Below are positions 48,243-57,316 of a DNA stretch of 64,000 nucleotides, piece by piece (position 1 is the first letter of the stretch; each line of letters opens with the position of its first letter). This DNA is from Chroococcidiopsidaceae cyanobacterium (GTDB lineage Bacteria > Cyanobacteriota > Cyanobacteriia > Cyanobacteriales > Chroococcidiopsidaceae), in NCBI GenBank assembly GCA_041748755.1, contig JBGTCQ010000208.1, forward strand, positions 4,318-68,317. The letters are read 5' to 3'. Position numbers and translations under genes: made by a program. The notes beneath the pieces are model-generated. The model worked only from the letters and a program-made list of their open reading frames with translations, ran no database searches and had not been told where the DNA came from.

Positions 48243-49379
48243 ATGAGTAAGCTAGCTCCTAGCATCAGCGTTGTAATGTCTGTCTACAATGGTGCAAATT
48301 ACCTGCAAGAGTCTGTAGAAAGTATCCTTGCTCAAACTTTCACTAACTTTGAATTCATCATCATTAATGACGGATCTACTGATAATACATGGGAAATTCT
48401 CACTAAATATGCTGACCAAGATAAGCGCATTATCTTAATTCAAAATAAAGAAAATATTGGCTTAACAAAGTCGCTCAATAAGGGAATAGAATTGGCACAC
48501 GGAGAGTATGTTGCTCGACAAGATGCAGATGATATATCGTTACCAGAGCGGTTTGAGAAACAAGTAGTGCTGTTGGAACATCCAGAAATAGTTTTGGTAT
48601 CTTGCAACTTAGAGTCAATCAATTCTGAAGGACACTCTACAGGAAAGCTAGAACGGGCATGCGATCGCGATTTAGTACCTTGGTATTTACTGTTCTACAA
48701 CCGCCTAGCTGGACACAGCCAAGTTGTTTTTAAGCGAGAGACAATTAGGAGTTTGGGTGGTTACTGCGAAAACCGTCGTTATAGCCAAGACTACGAGCTT
48801 TGGTGCCGTTTAGGTAAAGTTGGCAAAATTGCTGTATTACCTGAAGTGTTACTGCAACAACGCATCCACAGTAAAAGTATTTCTGTTGAGAAGGGTTCCG
48901 AGCAAAAAGCTTATAGTCTAAATCAGGTGAGGCATAATATTAAACAATTAATTGGTAAAGAAATTAGCCTAGAGGAAGCAGAAGATCTTAGATGTTTTTG
49001 GGTAGGACATTGGGGCAAACAATTTCCAGATAGTGAAAAAGTTGGTACTTTGCACTCCAGATTGAATGAAATTTATCGAATGTTTCTTCAACAAAATACC
49101 CATCAAAACTTCCCTTCTCTTAAAATATCCCGTCGGCTACGCATCTTAATTGGACAACAATTTATTCACTGGATACGATTTCTACCTACACGACATAATT
49201 TGCTTGCAAAAATTAAGATTTCTGTTTATGCTTTTGTTTGGCATCCACTAGGAGTGCTAGATTATTGGTTGAAACAGTTTTGGAATGTGCAGCTGCGTAT
49301 ATTACGTACTTTAGTGCGACGGAATTATAAGAAAGACTTGCAAAATAATTCTATAGATTTCCCCCATAAATCATCTTAG
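48243..49379 (+). CDS. Glycosyltransferase family 2
   Basis: SVVMSVYNGANYLQESVESILAQTFTNFEFIIINDGSTD and ARQDADDIS. Confidence 0.85.
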   Translation: MSKLAPSISVVMSVYNGANYLQESVESILAQTFTNFEFIIINDGSTDNTWEILTKYADQDKRIILIQNKENIGLTKSLNKGIELAHGEYVARQDADDISLPERFEKQVVLLEHPEIVLVSCNLESINSEGHSTGKLERACDRDLVPWYLLFYNRLAGHSQVVFKRETIRSLGGYCENRRYSQDYELWCRLGKVGKIAVLPEVLLQQRIHSKSISVEKGSEQKAYSLNQVRHNIKQLIGKEISLEEAEDLRCFWVGHWGKQFPDSEKVGTLHSRLNEIYRMFLQQNTHQNFPSLKISRRLRILIGQQFIHWIRFLPTRHNLLAKIKISVYAFVWHPLGVLDYWLKQFWNVQLRILRTLVRRNYKKDLQNNSIDFPHKSS

Positions 49380-49560
49380 TAGTTGTTAGCAAATACTCCA
49401 AATCTAACTATAGATAGATAGATTAATACGATGTTTTAAGATATATTGCTATGGTAAACTAGAAAGTGCTTTCGAGTTTAAAAAAAGAAAATATTGCCTT
49501 AACAACGTACTAAGCACTGTCCATCAAGAAGTGTATCAAAAATCTTCAGAGGTAGGTTTA

Positions 49561-50661
49561 ATGCAACCTAAAGTTACTGTTGTAATGTCGGTTTATAACG
49601 GCACACTTTACCTACAGGAAGCTGTAGAAAGTATTTTAAACCAAACTTTTACTGATTTTGAATTCATCATTATTGATGATGAATCTACTGACAAGACTTG
49701 GGAAATTCTTACACAATACGCTAATAGAGACCAGCGTGTTAAATTATTCAAGAACAAAGAAAATATTGGTCTAACTAAGTCCCTTAATAGAGGGCTAGAG
49801 TTTGCAACAGGGGAATATATTGCTCGTCAGGATGCAGACGACGTATCGCTGCCAGACCGATTTAAACTTCAAACGTGCTTTCTTGATGACAATGTAGACG
49901 TTGGTGCAATAGGAACTTCTGCGGAAGTGATTAATGAGCAAGGTAAATTTTTAGAACAAAGTTATGTCATTAGAGAGCACGAAAGCATACAAGCTTGTCT
50001 ATTAGTGAATAACTGCTTATTTCACTCATCAATGATGGTACGCCGGAGCCTTATGCAAGCTCTTGGGGGATACCGAGAGGAACTGCGCTACGCTCAAGAC
50101 TATGACATTTGGTGGCGTATTAGTCGGTTGGCACGGATAGAGAACTTGCCCGATATTCTGGTTCGCGTGCGACGTTCTGCTAAGAATATATCTAAACTAT
50201 ACCGTCACGAGCAGCTACTGTCTGCCCTAGAAATTTCTCTCAGGATAGTACAAGAAAGTTTAAAAGGTCAACCCTTAGATGAAGATGCTTATCAAAGGTT
50301 TTGGTGGTCTTACGTTCAAGTATTAGATGAAGACGTTGATCAGCGGTTTTGGATTGAACACCGTAGTAACCATACTCAGTTACAGAGGATGGATATCCAA
50401 CGTCTCTGGCCTTTTTGGAAACTCTTGGCAGACCACGCTGGTGGCCCGCAATTCTGGGGTCCTCGCCTACGCCGTTTAGGTTACAACCTCTTACGTCGTC
50501 GACAGACAGTAGAGGGACTCGAATTGCTTTCGATTGTAACACGCCAATTGAAGATGCCAATTCAATTGAATTGTGTATTTAAGGGTCTGATTAAACCTTA
50601 TGTACCAGGATTAGGACAACAGCTTTGGAGAACTTGGCAATTGAAGCAGCACAGAAATTAA
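49561..50661 (+). CDS. Glycosyltransferase family 2 (paralogue of the preceding gene)
   Basis: VTVVMSVYNGTLYLQEAVESILNQTFTDFEFIIIDDESTD and ARQDADDVS. ATG at 49561 preceded by GAGG. Confidence 0.85.
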   Translation: MQPKVTVVMSVYNGTLYLQEAVESILNQTFTDFEFIIIDDESTDKTWEILTQYANRDQRVKLFKNKENIGLTKSLNRGLEFATGEYIARQDADDVSLPDRFKLQTCFLDDNVDVGAIGTSAEVINEQGKFLEQSYVIREHESIQACLLVNNCLFHSSMMVRRSLMQALGGYREELRYAQDYDIWWRISRLARIENLPDILVRVRRSAKNISKLYRHEQLLSALEISLRIVQESLKGQPLDEDAYQRFWWSYVQVLDEDVDQRFWIEHRSNHTQLQRMDIQRLWPFWKLLADHAGGPQFWGPRLRRLGYNLLRRRQTVEGLELLSIVTRQLKMPIQLNCVFKGLIKPYVPGLGQQLWRTWQLKQHRN

Positions 50662-50767
50662 CTGATGCAAGATTATCTTATATTTCCAGCTACGAACTTA
50701 GAGGGAGGGTACTTAAAACACTTCTATTCCTAAATTAAACTGTTGAAGAGCCATATTGTTGAAACGG

Positions 50768-50790
50768 TTGAGCAACGCCTGCTTGCTCAA
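50768..50790. terminator. Hairpin between convergent genes (possible bidirectional terminator)
   Basis: TTGAGCAA / TTGCTCAA 8-bp stem with a 7-nt loop. A/T-rich flanks but no clean U-tract. Confidence 0.3.
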
Positions 50791-50938
50791 AATTATGTAA
50801 ACTGCTCAACGATAGGAAACTAAACCCAACATTAGAAGCAAGCTCGAGTAGTGTATAGAATATTATCCCAGTAATCTGATTAAGTAGGTTAAGCCAAGTG
50901 TTGCCCAGATGAAGAATTCTTCAATTGAAGTGCGAGTA

Positions 50939-51160
50939 CTATGGCTTGTTGGACTTAGTTTTACTGAATAGAAACCACCATAGCTCTAGACCAATCAGCG
51001 CCAAACCAACTACAGTAACACCAACTTTCAAGGACAGAGGTTGCTCAATTCGGCGAAACTGATTTCCTGACGTAGCTGGCATTTCTGCTGCTTGTACTCC
51101 CAAGGTCATTCCTAGCAACAATCCCAGGCTAATAATGCTACCCCAAAATTTAGTTGACAT
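50939..51160 (-). CDS. Small membrane protein (73 aa) downstream of the Cu ATPase
   Basis: N-terminal signal/TM ending GVQAA, a second TM near the C-terminus, 19 nt after the ATPase stop. Confidence 0.5.
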   Translation of the reverse strand: MSTKFWGSIISLGLLLGMTLGVQAAEMPATSGNQFRRIEQPLSLKVGVTVVGLALIGLELWWFLFSKTKSNKP

Positions 51161-51179
51161 TTACTGAATCGCTCCTTGC

Positions 51180-53426
51180 TCATGAATTTGGTTTGAAGTT
51201 ACGCAAGCGTAGAGCATTAGTAACGACGGAAACCGAGCTAAAAGCCATTGCTGCTCCAGCAATAATTGGATTGAGTAACCAGCCAAAGAAGGGGAACAAA
51301 ATCCCGGCGGCAATTGGAATGCCAGCTACATTGTAGATAAAAGCAAAAAAGAGATTTTGGCGAATATTACGGATGGTGGCACGACTTAGGGCAATTGCCG
51401 TCACAATGCCCCGCAGATCGCCAGAAATTAGAGTAATATCACTAGCAGCGATCGCCACATCTGTCCCTGTACCAATTGCAATTCCTACATCCGCCTGTGC
51501 CAGTGCTGGTGCATCATTAATTCCATCCCCCACCATTGCCACAACCTTTCCCTCTGCTTGGAGGACATTAATTTGGGCGGCTTTTTGGTCGGGACGCACT
51601 TCGGCGAAGACTCTCTTTATCCCGACTTGTTGAGCAATTACTTCAGCCGTTGGACTATTATCTCCTGTGAGCATCACCACCTCTAAACCTAAACGTTGTA
51701 AAGTCTTGACGGCTGCTGCTGAAGATGGTTTTAAGGCATCAGCAATCCCAATTATTCCTTGAATTTCGCCATCAACTGCGATCCAGACAGCGGTTTTACC
51801 AGCGGCTTCCCAAACTGCTTGCTGTTGCAGTGGTTGTGTATCAATTCCAGATTCAGTCAACCAGCGTTGCGTACCAATTTGGACAAGTCTGTCTGCAACA
51901 ATTCCTTGAACACCACTACCCGCGATCGCTTCAAAGTTCTGCACTGGTGCTAATTCCACTTCCTGGGATTGAGCGTACCTAACAATAGCTTCAGCTAAGG
52001 GATGTTCAGAATTACGTTCTAGCGATGCTGCCAATCGCAACAGTTTTAGCTCATTCTGATTTGCTGTTCCATGTACAGCAACAAAGTTAGTAACAGTCGG
52101 TTTACCCTCAGTCAGCGTTCCTGTTTTATCTAATACAATCGTCTGAATTCTATGTGCCAGTTCTAAACTTGCAGCATCCTTGATTAAAATCCCGTTCTCT
52201 GCGCCGATACCTGTTCCTACCATAATTGAAGTAGGCGTAGCCAAACCCAAGGCACAGGGACAAGCAATAATTAACACTCCTACTGTCGTAATCAGGGCGA
52301 GTGTCAAATTTCCCATAGCGTTGAACCAAATTACAAAAGTTGTGATCGCGATCGCAATTACAACTGGTACAAACCAGCCAGTTACTCGATCAGCTATTCT
52401 TTGAATCGGTGCTTTCGATCCTTGCGCCTGTTGCACTAGCTGGACAATCTGCGCCAATACCATATCTTTTCCGACGCGGGTGGCCCGGAACTTAAAACTA
52501 CCAGTTTTATTAATTGTTGCCCCAATTACTTCATCACCCAGCTGCTTCTTGACTGGCAAACTCTCGCCCGTCACCATTGCTTCATCTACAGTAGAAGCAC
52601 CTTCTATCACTTCGCCATCTACGGGAATTTTTTCGCCAGGACGCACTAAAATTACTTCCCCTGCCCTGACTTCTTGGATAGGAACATCAATCTCTTTGCC
52701 ATCCCGAATCACACGGGCATCTCTAGCTTGCAACCCAATCAGCTTCCGAATTGCTTCAGACGTTTGACCCCTTGCCCGATTTTCTAAAAGCCGCCCTAGC
52801 AAAATTAAAGTAATTACAATTGCGGCAGTTTCATAGTATACATCCGGTTCCAGTCCTTGACTGCGAAAAAAATTAGGGTAAACAGTGGCGCATACTGAGT
52901 AGAAATACGCCGCACTCGTACCCAAAGCAATTAAGGTATTCATATTAGCAGCACGACGCTTCAGAGCTTTCCATGCACCTTGATAAAAAGATTGACCGCA
53001 CCAGAACTGGACGGGTGCTGTCAACACCAGTTGCACCCAGGAGTTATGAAACCATATCGGAATCCAGGGCAAGTGTAACCCAGTCATTGCTGGCAGTGAC
53101 CCCACTACTAACAAAACGCTGATGATGCTACCTAATACCACCTTGCGCGTCAGGTCTTGCTTTTCTGCTAGGCGGGCGGTAGCTTCTGCATCATCTTCTT
53201 TTGATCCCATTTCTTTGAGTGGGGCAGCCGCGTATCCCGCCTCAACTACCGCCAGTTGAATTTTATCTAGGTTGGTTGCTTTGGGGTTGTACCTGATTGT
53301 CGCTTGCTCTGCGCCAAAGTTAACATTGCCGTCAACTACTCCAGGGACGGCGCGAATTGCTTTTTCAATCGCACTGGCGCAACCCGCGCAACTCATGCCC
53401 CGTAATTGCAGCTGAACTGTATCCAT
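51180..53426 (-). CDS. Copper-translocating P1B-type ATPase (CtaA/PacS-like)
   Basis: HMA domain [15 protein letters not shown] in TM6, [24 protein letters not shown]. Confidence 0.93.
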   Translation of the reverse strand: MDTVQLQLRGMSCAGCASAIEKAIRAVPGVVDGNVNFGAEQATIRYNPKATNLDKIQLAVVEAGYAAAPLKEMGSKEDDAEATARLAEKQDLTRKVVLGSIISVLLVVGSLPAMTGLHLPWIPIWFHNSWVQLVLTAPVQFWCGQSFYQGAWKALKRRAANMNTLIALGTSAAYFYSVCATVYPNFFRSQGLEPDVYYETAAIVITLILLGRLLENRARGQTSEAIRKLIGLQARDARVIRDGKEIDVPIQEVRAGEVILVRPGEKIPVDGEVIEGASTVDEAMVTGESLPVKKQLGDEVIGATINKTGSFKFRATRVGKDMVLAQIVQLVQQAQGSKAPIQRIADRVTGWFVPVVIAIAITTFVIWFNAMGNLTLALITTVGVLIIACPCALGLATPTSIMVGTGIGAENGILIKDAASLELAHRIQTIVLDKTGTLTEGKPTVTNFVAVHGTANQNELKLLRLAASLERNSEHPLAEAIVRYAQSQEVELAPVQNFEAIAGSGVQGIVADRLVQIGTQRWLTESGIDTQPLQQQAVWEAAGKTAVWIAVDGEIQGIIGIADALKPSSAAAVKTLQRLGLEVVMLTGDNSPTAEVIAQQVGIKRVFAEVRPDQKAAQINVLQAEGKVVAMVGDGINDAPALAQADVGIAIGTGTDVAIAASDITLISGDLRGIVTAIALSRATIRNIRQNLFFAFIYNVAGIPIAAGILFPFFGWLLNPIIAGAAMAFSSVSVVTNALRLRNFKPNS

Positions 53427-53883
53427 TGCTGCTTTTCTCCGAGTCTGTTTATTTCTATGCTAGTTTTTCCAGGCAGTAGGATTTGGGGTAATCCGAACTG
53501 GCACCTCATTATTAATAAGGAGGCTTGCCCCTGAAGGTTCGCGTCTACCTTGGTTGAAGAGTTGGCTGGCAAACCAAAATAAACGCTGGAAGTTTTCTAG
53601 TAATGACATCTTACGCCTCTTGGTACGTCGTGCCTGCGAATAAGAAGTGGTATCGGGATTTAGTAATTGCACGAGCGATCGCAGACACTCTAGAAGCAAT
53701 GAACCCGCAATATCCAGCAGCAGAACAGGGATTGGAAAACATTACGATTCCAGATTAATAAGACTTTAGCATTAGCTTAAAGTAGTGTTACTCACTTACT
53801 TCCTTTCTATCACTGTTTTAGGCTTAATGGAATTTCTCGTTGATTATTTTAATAAAATAGAAAAATAAGACAATCGCTACTGG

Positions 53884-54372
53884 CTAATAGATTATTCGCC
53901 TTATGCACTGGGGTCCCTTATACTCTTCTAACACTCTGATAGTGTCTGGAAAGTTTTCCTCATCTAAATACTCAATGCATAAACAAGTGCCATTTTTTAG
54001 TTTAAATTCAACTCCAAACTCACTCGGATTATCGGTTGAAGCATATCTTGATTGAAGGATGCTTATTGCTTCAACTTCTTGATTGATTCTTTGCTGCCAG
54101 AACAAGTTACTACTGAGGTTCAAGGTTATATAACTACTACCATAGCGTTGCATTACATCATCGGTGATTCCTACGCTATTAGTTTCTGTAATAGCAAAAA
54201 AGCAAACAATTTTATCATTGTCAAATTTAAACTCAGTAGGTCCGTCAGCCATTCGCTCATAATTATCCAAATCCATATCACTATCAAATACCTGCCGTCT
54301 AACACTGATGATTCTCTTACTAATTAAAGACTTAAAAAGTTCAGTATTTTGAGAATGAATAGTTGGTTTCAT
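53884..54372 (-). CDS. Hypothetical 162-aa protein, low GC, ATGA-coupled to the upstream CPBP gene
   Basis: The ATG at 54372 overlaps the CPBP TGA (54369-54371). No family recognised. The ORF track lists a start at 54387. Confidence 0.55.
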   Translation of the reverse strand: MKPTIHSQNTELFKSLISKRIISVRRQVFDSDMDLDNYERMADGPTEFKFDNDKIVCFFAITETNSVGITDDVMQRYGSSYITLNLSSNLFWQQRINQEVEAISILQSRYASTDNPSEFGVEFKLKNGTCLCIEYLDEENFPDTIRVLEEYKGPQCIRRIIY

Positions 54373-55055
54373 CTCCTCAGCTTCCAAAAGCAGCTAGAAA
54401 CTAAATTAGTAAGTATGTGAGCAACAATCGGCACTAATAAATTGCCAGTTGCCAAAGCGCTATAACCCAGTAGCAACCCTACAACAGTTGCCCAAGCTAC
54501 ATAAGCCCATTGTTGAGGTCCGCTAAGGTGCAAAATACCAAAGCAAAGACTCGATATGACGATGGCTGTAATATCTAAGCCAAAGGCTGGCAGCATCACA
54601 CCCCGAAATAATAATTCTTCACTCAACCCTGGCAACAGTGCTACCCAGATCAAGTCTGACCACAGCAGGGGCTTGAGGACAAATTCTAGGTAAAAATCTG
54701 CGCTGCTACGGTAGGCAGGCCAAAGGCGATAAACTAGGGAACTCAAAGCGGTGATAATTAGCGCCAAACCAACTCCCCAAGACAAGTCCGTTGCAGTCCA
54801 TCTCAAGGACAACAAAAAGACGTTGCCAAATTGCAACCACAACTTAGCAACTAGCCACAAGGCGATCGCAGTAACACCCATTGCCCCCAGAATTTGGGTG
54901 CGTGTCAGGGGTTGAATTTTTGGATTGGGCTTGTGTTCAGTCACGGGACAAGGGAAAGGAAATGATTGCTTATTACTGATCGCCTGTTGGAGATAGGCAG
55001 TGCAAAGATGAAATTGGACTAAGGGCAGCTGGACTGATGCCTGTTTTGTGAGCAA
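54369..55055 (-). CDS. CPBP (CAAX protease / Abi) family intramembrane glutamic endopeptidase
   Basis: Motif 1 SEELLFRG, motif 2 FGILH, motif 3 HILTN. The in-frame GTG at 54944 is a plausible true start that avoids the 83-nt overlap with the upstream gene. Confidence 0.8.
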   Translation of the reverse strand: MLTKQASVQLPLVQFHLCTAYLQQAISNKQSFPFPCPVTEHKPNPKIQPLTRTQILGAMGVTAIALWLVAKLWLQFGNVFLLSLRWTATDLSWGVGLALIITALSSLVYRLWPAYRSSADFYLEFVLKPLLWSDLIWVALLPGLSEELLFRGVMLPAFGLDITAIVISSLCFGILHLSGPQQWAYVAWATVVGLLLGYSALATGNLLVPIVAHILTNLVSSCFWKLRR

Positions 55056-56037
55056 CCAATACGCCTAAAGCTTCTAAATATGAGTTTACCTGCATAGCTT
55101 TAATCCCCAGCGGTTCTGGCGGAACTTGCACCTGTGTCTGATTTTCCCGGACAGCAATAACTTGCACCCCTAAGTGACTCAAACTCAAAAGGGCGCTGCT
55201 ACCACAAGCGGTTGCTGGTACAACTACAGCATCAACTTGATTATCCCAAATATCGCTGCCTAGAGATGGTTCTACGACAAAATGCGGTGCGCGACTTAAG
55301 CCCACAAGAACGCTGGGTAAGAAGGTATATCCTAATTCCTCAGCAGCTGAACGCGGCGATAGATCTGGGTCAAGGGGAAGGGGTAACAGGGCAGGAGAAT
55401 GGGCGCAGGGGATTTGAAAGGTTCGTACTATTAAATGGCTAATAACGGCTTCTGCACCAGCTAAAGGATCAACGCCTTGACCGTGGCGATAGTCTTGCAA
55501 GGCAACGCTATCAGTGTCATCAGGAAAGCGAGCGACAACTGCGATCGCCTCTGCCCCTGCTTGATGAATCAATACTTCAGCCGCACGTAACAAACTATCT
55601 GGATTCTGAACCGTACCCCAGCTAGCACCCGTTCCAGAAGTCCGTAATGTTACACCTATTGGTGCATCAGTAATCACATAATCAGTTAAATTTAGTCCTA
55701 GTGTGGCTCTGGTTGCATCAGCTGCCTGGAGTTGTCGCAGCCGTAAATCTGGTTCAATTCCTTGGTCAAGAATTAGACCCACGCGGTTTTGATGTACTGG
55801 GCGTAAACCCCAGCACCCTGCGGCAAATTTGTCAAGACCGTAGCCTTCAACGTAGAAAGCATTGGGCAAAGGCCAATATAATTGTGCGCCGTTGAGGACA
55901 TTGGGGTGAGTGATTAAGCAATCTGCAACACAGGCGATCGCTCTGGCAACTGGCAACGCATCTCCCGCATAACCCCCAATCGTCGCTCCCACGCCACTAG
56001 GTACAATTAATACAACAGTGTAGGGACGTTGATTCAC
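54973..56037 (-). CDS. DUF3326 domain protein
   Basis: N-terminus VVLIVPSGVGATIGGYAGDALPVARAIACVADCLITHPNVLNGA, family recalled from memory. GTG start overlapping the upstream stop (GTGA). Confidence 0.7.
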   Translation of the reverse strand: MNQRPYTVVLIVPSGVGATIGGYAGDALPVARAIACVADCLITHPNVLNGAQLYWPLPNAFYVEGYGLDKFAAGCWGLRPVHQNRVGLILDQGIEPDLRLRQLQAADATRATLGLNLTDYVITDAPIGVTLRTSGTGASWGTVQNPDSLLRAAEVLIHQAGAEAIAVVARFPDDTDSVALQDYRHGQGVDPLAGAEAVISHLIVRTFQIPCAHSPALLPLPLDPDLSPRSAAEELGYTFLPSVLVGLSRAPHFVVEPSLGSDIWDNQVDAVVVPATACGSSALLSLSHLGVQVIAVRENQTQVQVPPEPLGIKAMQVNSYLEALGVLVAHKTGISPAALSPISSLHCLSPTGDQ

Positions 56038-56231
56038 AGTTTAGCAGCTGAAACGTCAGATTTAAAAGTGACAACAGCTTCAATAGTGGCTTTTTGTCGT
56101 TCAACATCTACATCTGTAACTGCCCATCGCAATGCTTCTCCGTGTTCTCTTAATTCTGCCTCTATTACCTGATGCAGTTGGGCAGGTGTTTCCTGAAGGT
56201 CAATTTCTGCGGTGATAAAATGTATCGTCAT
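56034..56231 (-). CDS. Small conserved hypothetical protein (65 aa), first gene of the operon
   Basis: Acidic 65-aa ORF translationally coupled to the DUF3326 gene. Confidence 0.55.
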   Translation of the reverse strand: MTIHFITAEIDLQETPAQLHQVIEAELREHGEALRWAVTDVDVERQKATIEAVVTFKSDVSAAKL

Positions 56232-56329
56232 TCTTAGTGAATCCTCTATATCTACCCTACGAGAAGGTCTTCAGATGGGTCTTCGTGGTTTCTCAAACGA
56301 ATTAGTTAGCCAGTAGCAGATAATTCTTG

Positions 56330-56624
56330 GATCTTAGTCGACACTTGAACCAGCTATCCGGTACAGTACTTTATTATGTTACGTTGCAAACATTTCAGTC
56401 AACGTATCGAGGAGCGACAAACCAGTTGGGTTAAAACCACAAGAAAATTGCGGGATGCCGAGGAATAAAACGCAATTCCGTTTCGTCATCATCTCGCTCT
56501 AGCAAGGACTACGAACACGGTGACGACGTTGTAAGCCATTGCTCAATAATTGACACTGCCAACTGGGTTCAAACCACTGACAAAAGTCATCGACATGGCA
56601 GAACAGGGATTCTAGACTAAGCAT
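56330..56624 (-). mobile_element. Degenerate 5' fragment of an IS982-family-like transposase gene
   Basis: MLSLESLFCHVDDFCQWFEPSWQCQLLSNGLQRRHRVRSPC* (56499-56624). After a frameshift it continues ..IAFYSSASRNFLVVLTQLVC. The LFCxVDDFC N-terminus and IAFH..YRNF are as I recall for IS982-type transposases. The rest of the gene is absent. Confidence 0.5.
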
Positions 56625-56744
56625 GGGGTGCTCAGGTAATTCGAAAATTAGGTACTTTCAACTCTATTTGCTCTGTCCCTCCTTATCCTGAACTTACGTT
56701 AGTTAAACGATCTGTCTCTCTCCCAAAGCGATCGCTCCACTTCC

Positions 56745-57293
56745 TCAAGCCTTAATCGCAACTAGCAGTTCTCGGTACACCCGTTTGAGATCTTCCAGTT
56801 GATAATGAGCATTTAACCCACTGGGGTTTGGTAGTACCCAGATGATTGCACTATCTAAGGACTCGTTTTGTTGCCCCATAACTGCTTTGGGTTGATTGAA
56901 CGCCGTTCGATAAGCGCTGATACCTAGAACAGCCAGAAAACGTGGTCGATAGTGCTGCACTTTAGTTGCCAACTGTTGCTGACCTATAACCAGTTCTTCA
57001 GCGTTTAATTCATCTGCTCTTGCTGTTGAGCGATCCACAATATTCGTTAGACCATACCCCACCTGCTTCATGTCGCCATCTTCAAACGGTGTCAGCAATC
57101 GCTCTGTAAAACCTGCTGCATGAAGCGATCGCCAGAAGCGATTTCCTGGACGGGCAAAGTGATGTCCTACTGCTGCACTGTAGAGGCTAGGATTAATGCC
57201 ACAGAACAAGACATCTAAGCCTGGGGCAATAATATCTGGAACCGTCTTCCCCCTTGCTGCATGAATCTCTTCTGATGTGGGTTTGCGCTGCAT
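56745..57293 (-). CDS. mug: G/U and G/T mismatch-specific DNA glycosylase (Mug/TDG family)
   Basis: FCGINPSLYSAAVGHHFARPGNRFW motif. The ATG at 57293 avoids overlap with the upstream gene; the ORF track lists a TTG at 57353. Confidence 0.85.
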   Translation of the reverse strand: MQRKPTSEEIHAARGKTVPDIIAPGLDVLFCGINPSLYSAAVGHHFARPGNRFWRSLHAAGFTERLLTPFEDGDMKQVGYGLTNIVDRSTARADELNAEELVIGQQQLATKVQHYRPRFLAVLGISAYRTAFNQPKAVMGQQNESLDSAIIWVLPNPSGLNAHYQLEDLKRVYRELLVAIKA

Positions 57294-57316
57294 TAAAATT
57301 GTTGCCACATAAATAG

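Noticed and set aside
53460-53699. 79-aa minus-strand ORF immediately upstream of the Cu ATPase
   Set aside because: It has no recognisable family (not CopZ, CsoR or CopY-like), basic low-complexity stretches and an ambiguous start. It might be a real small protein, but the sequence alone does not support that.
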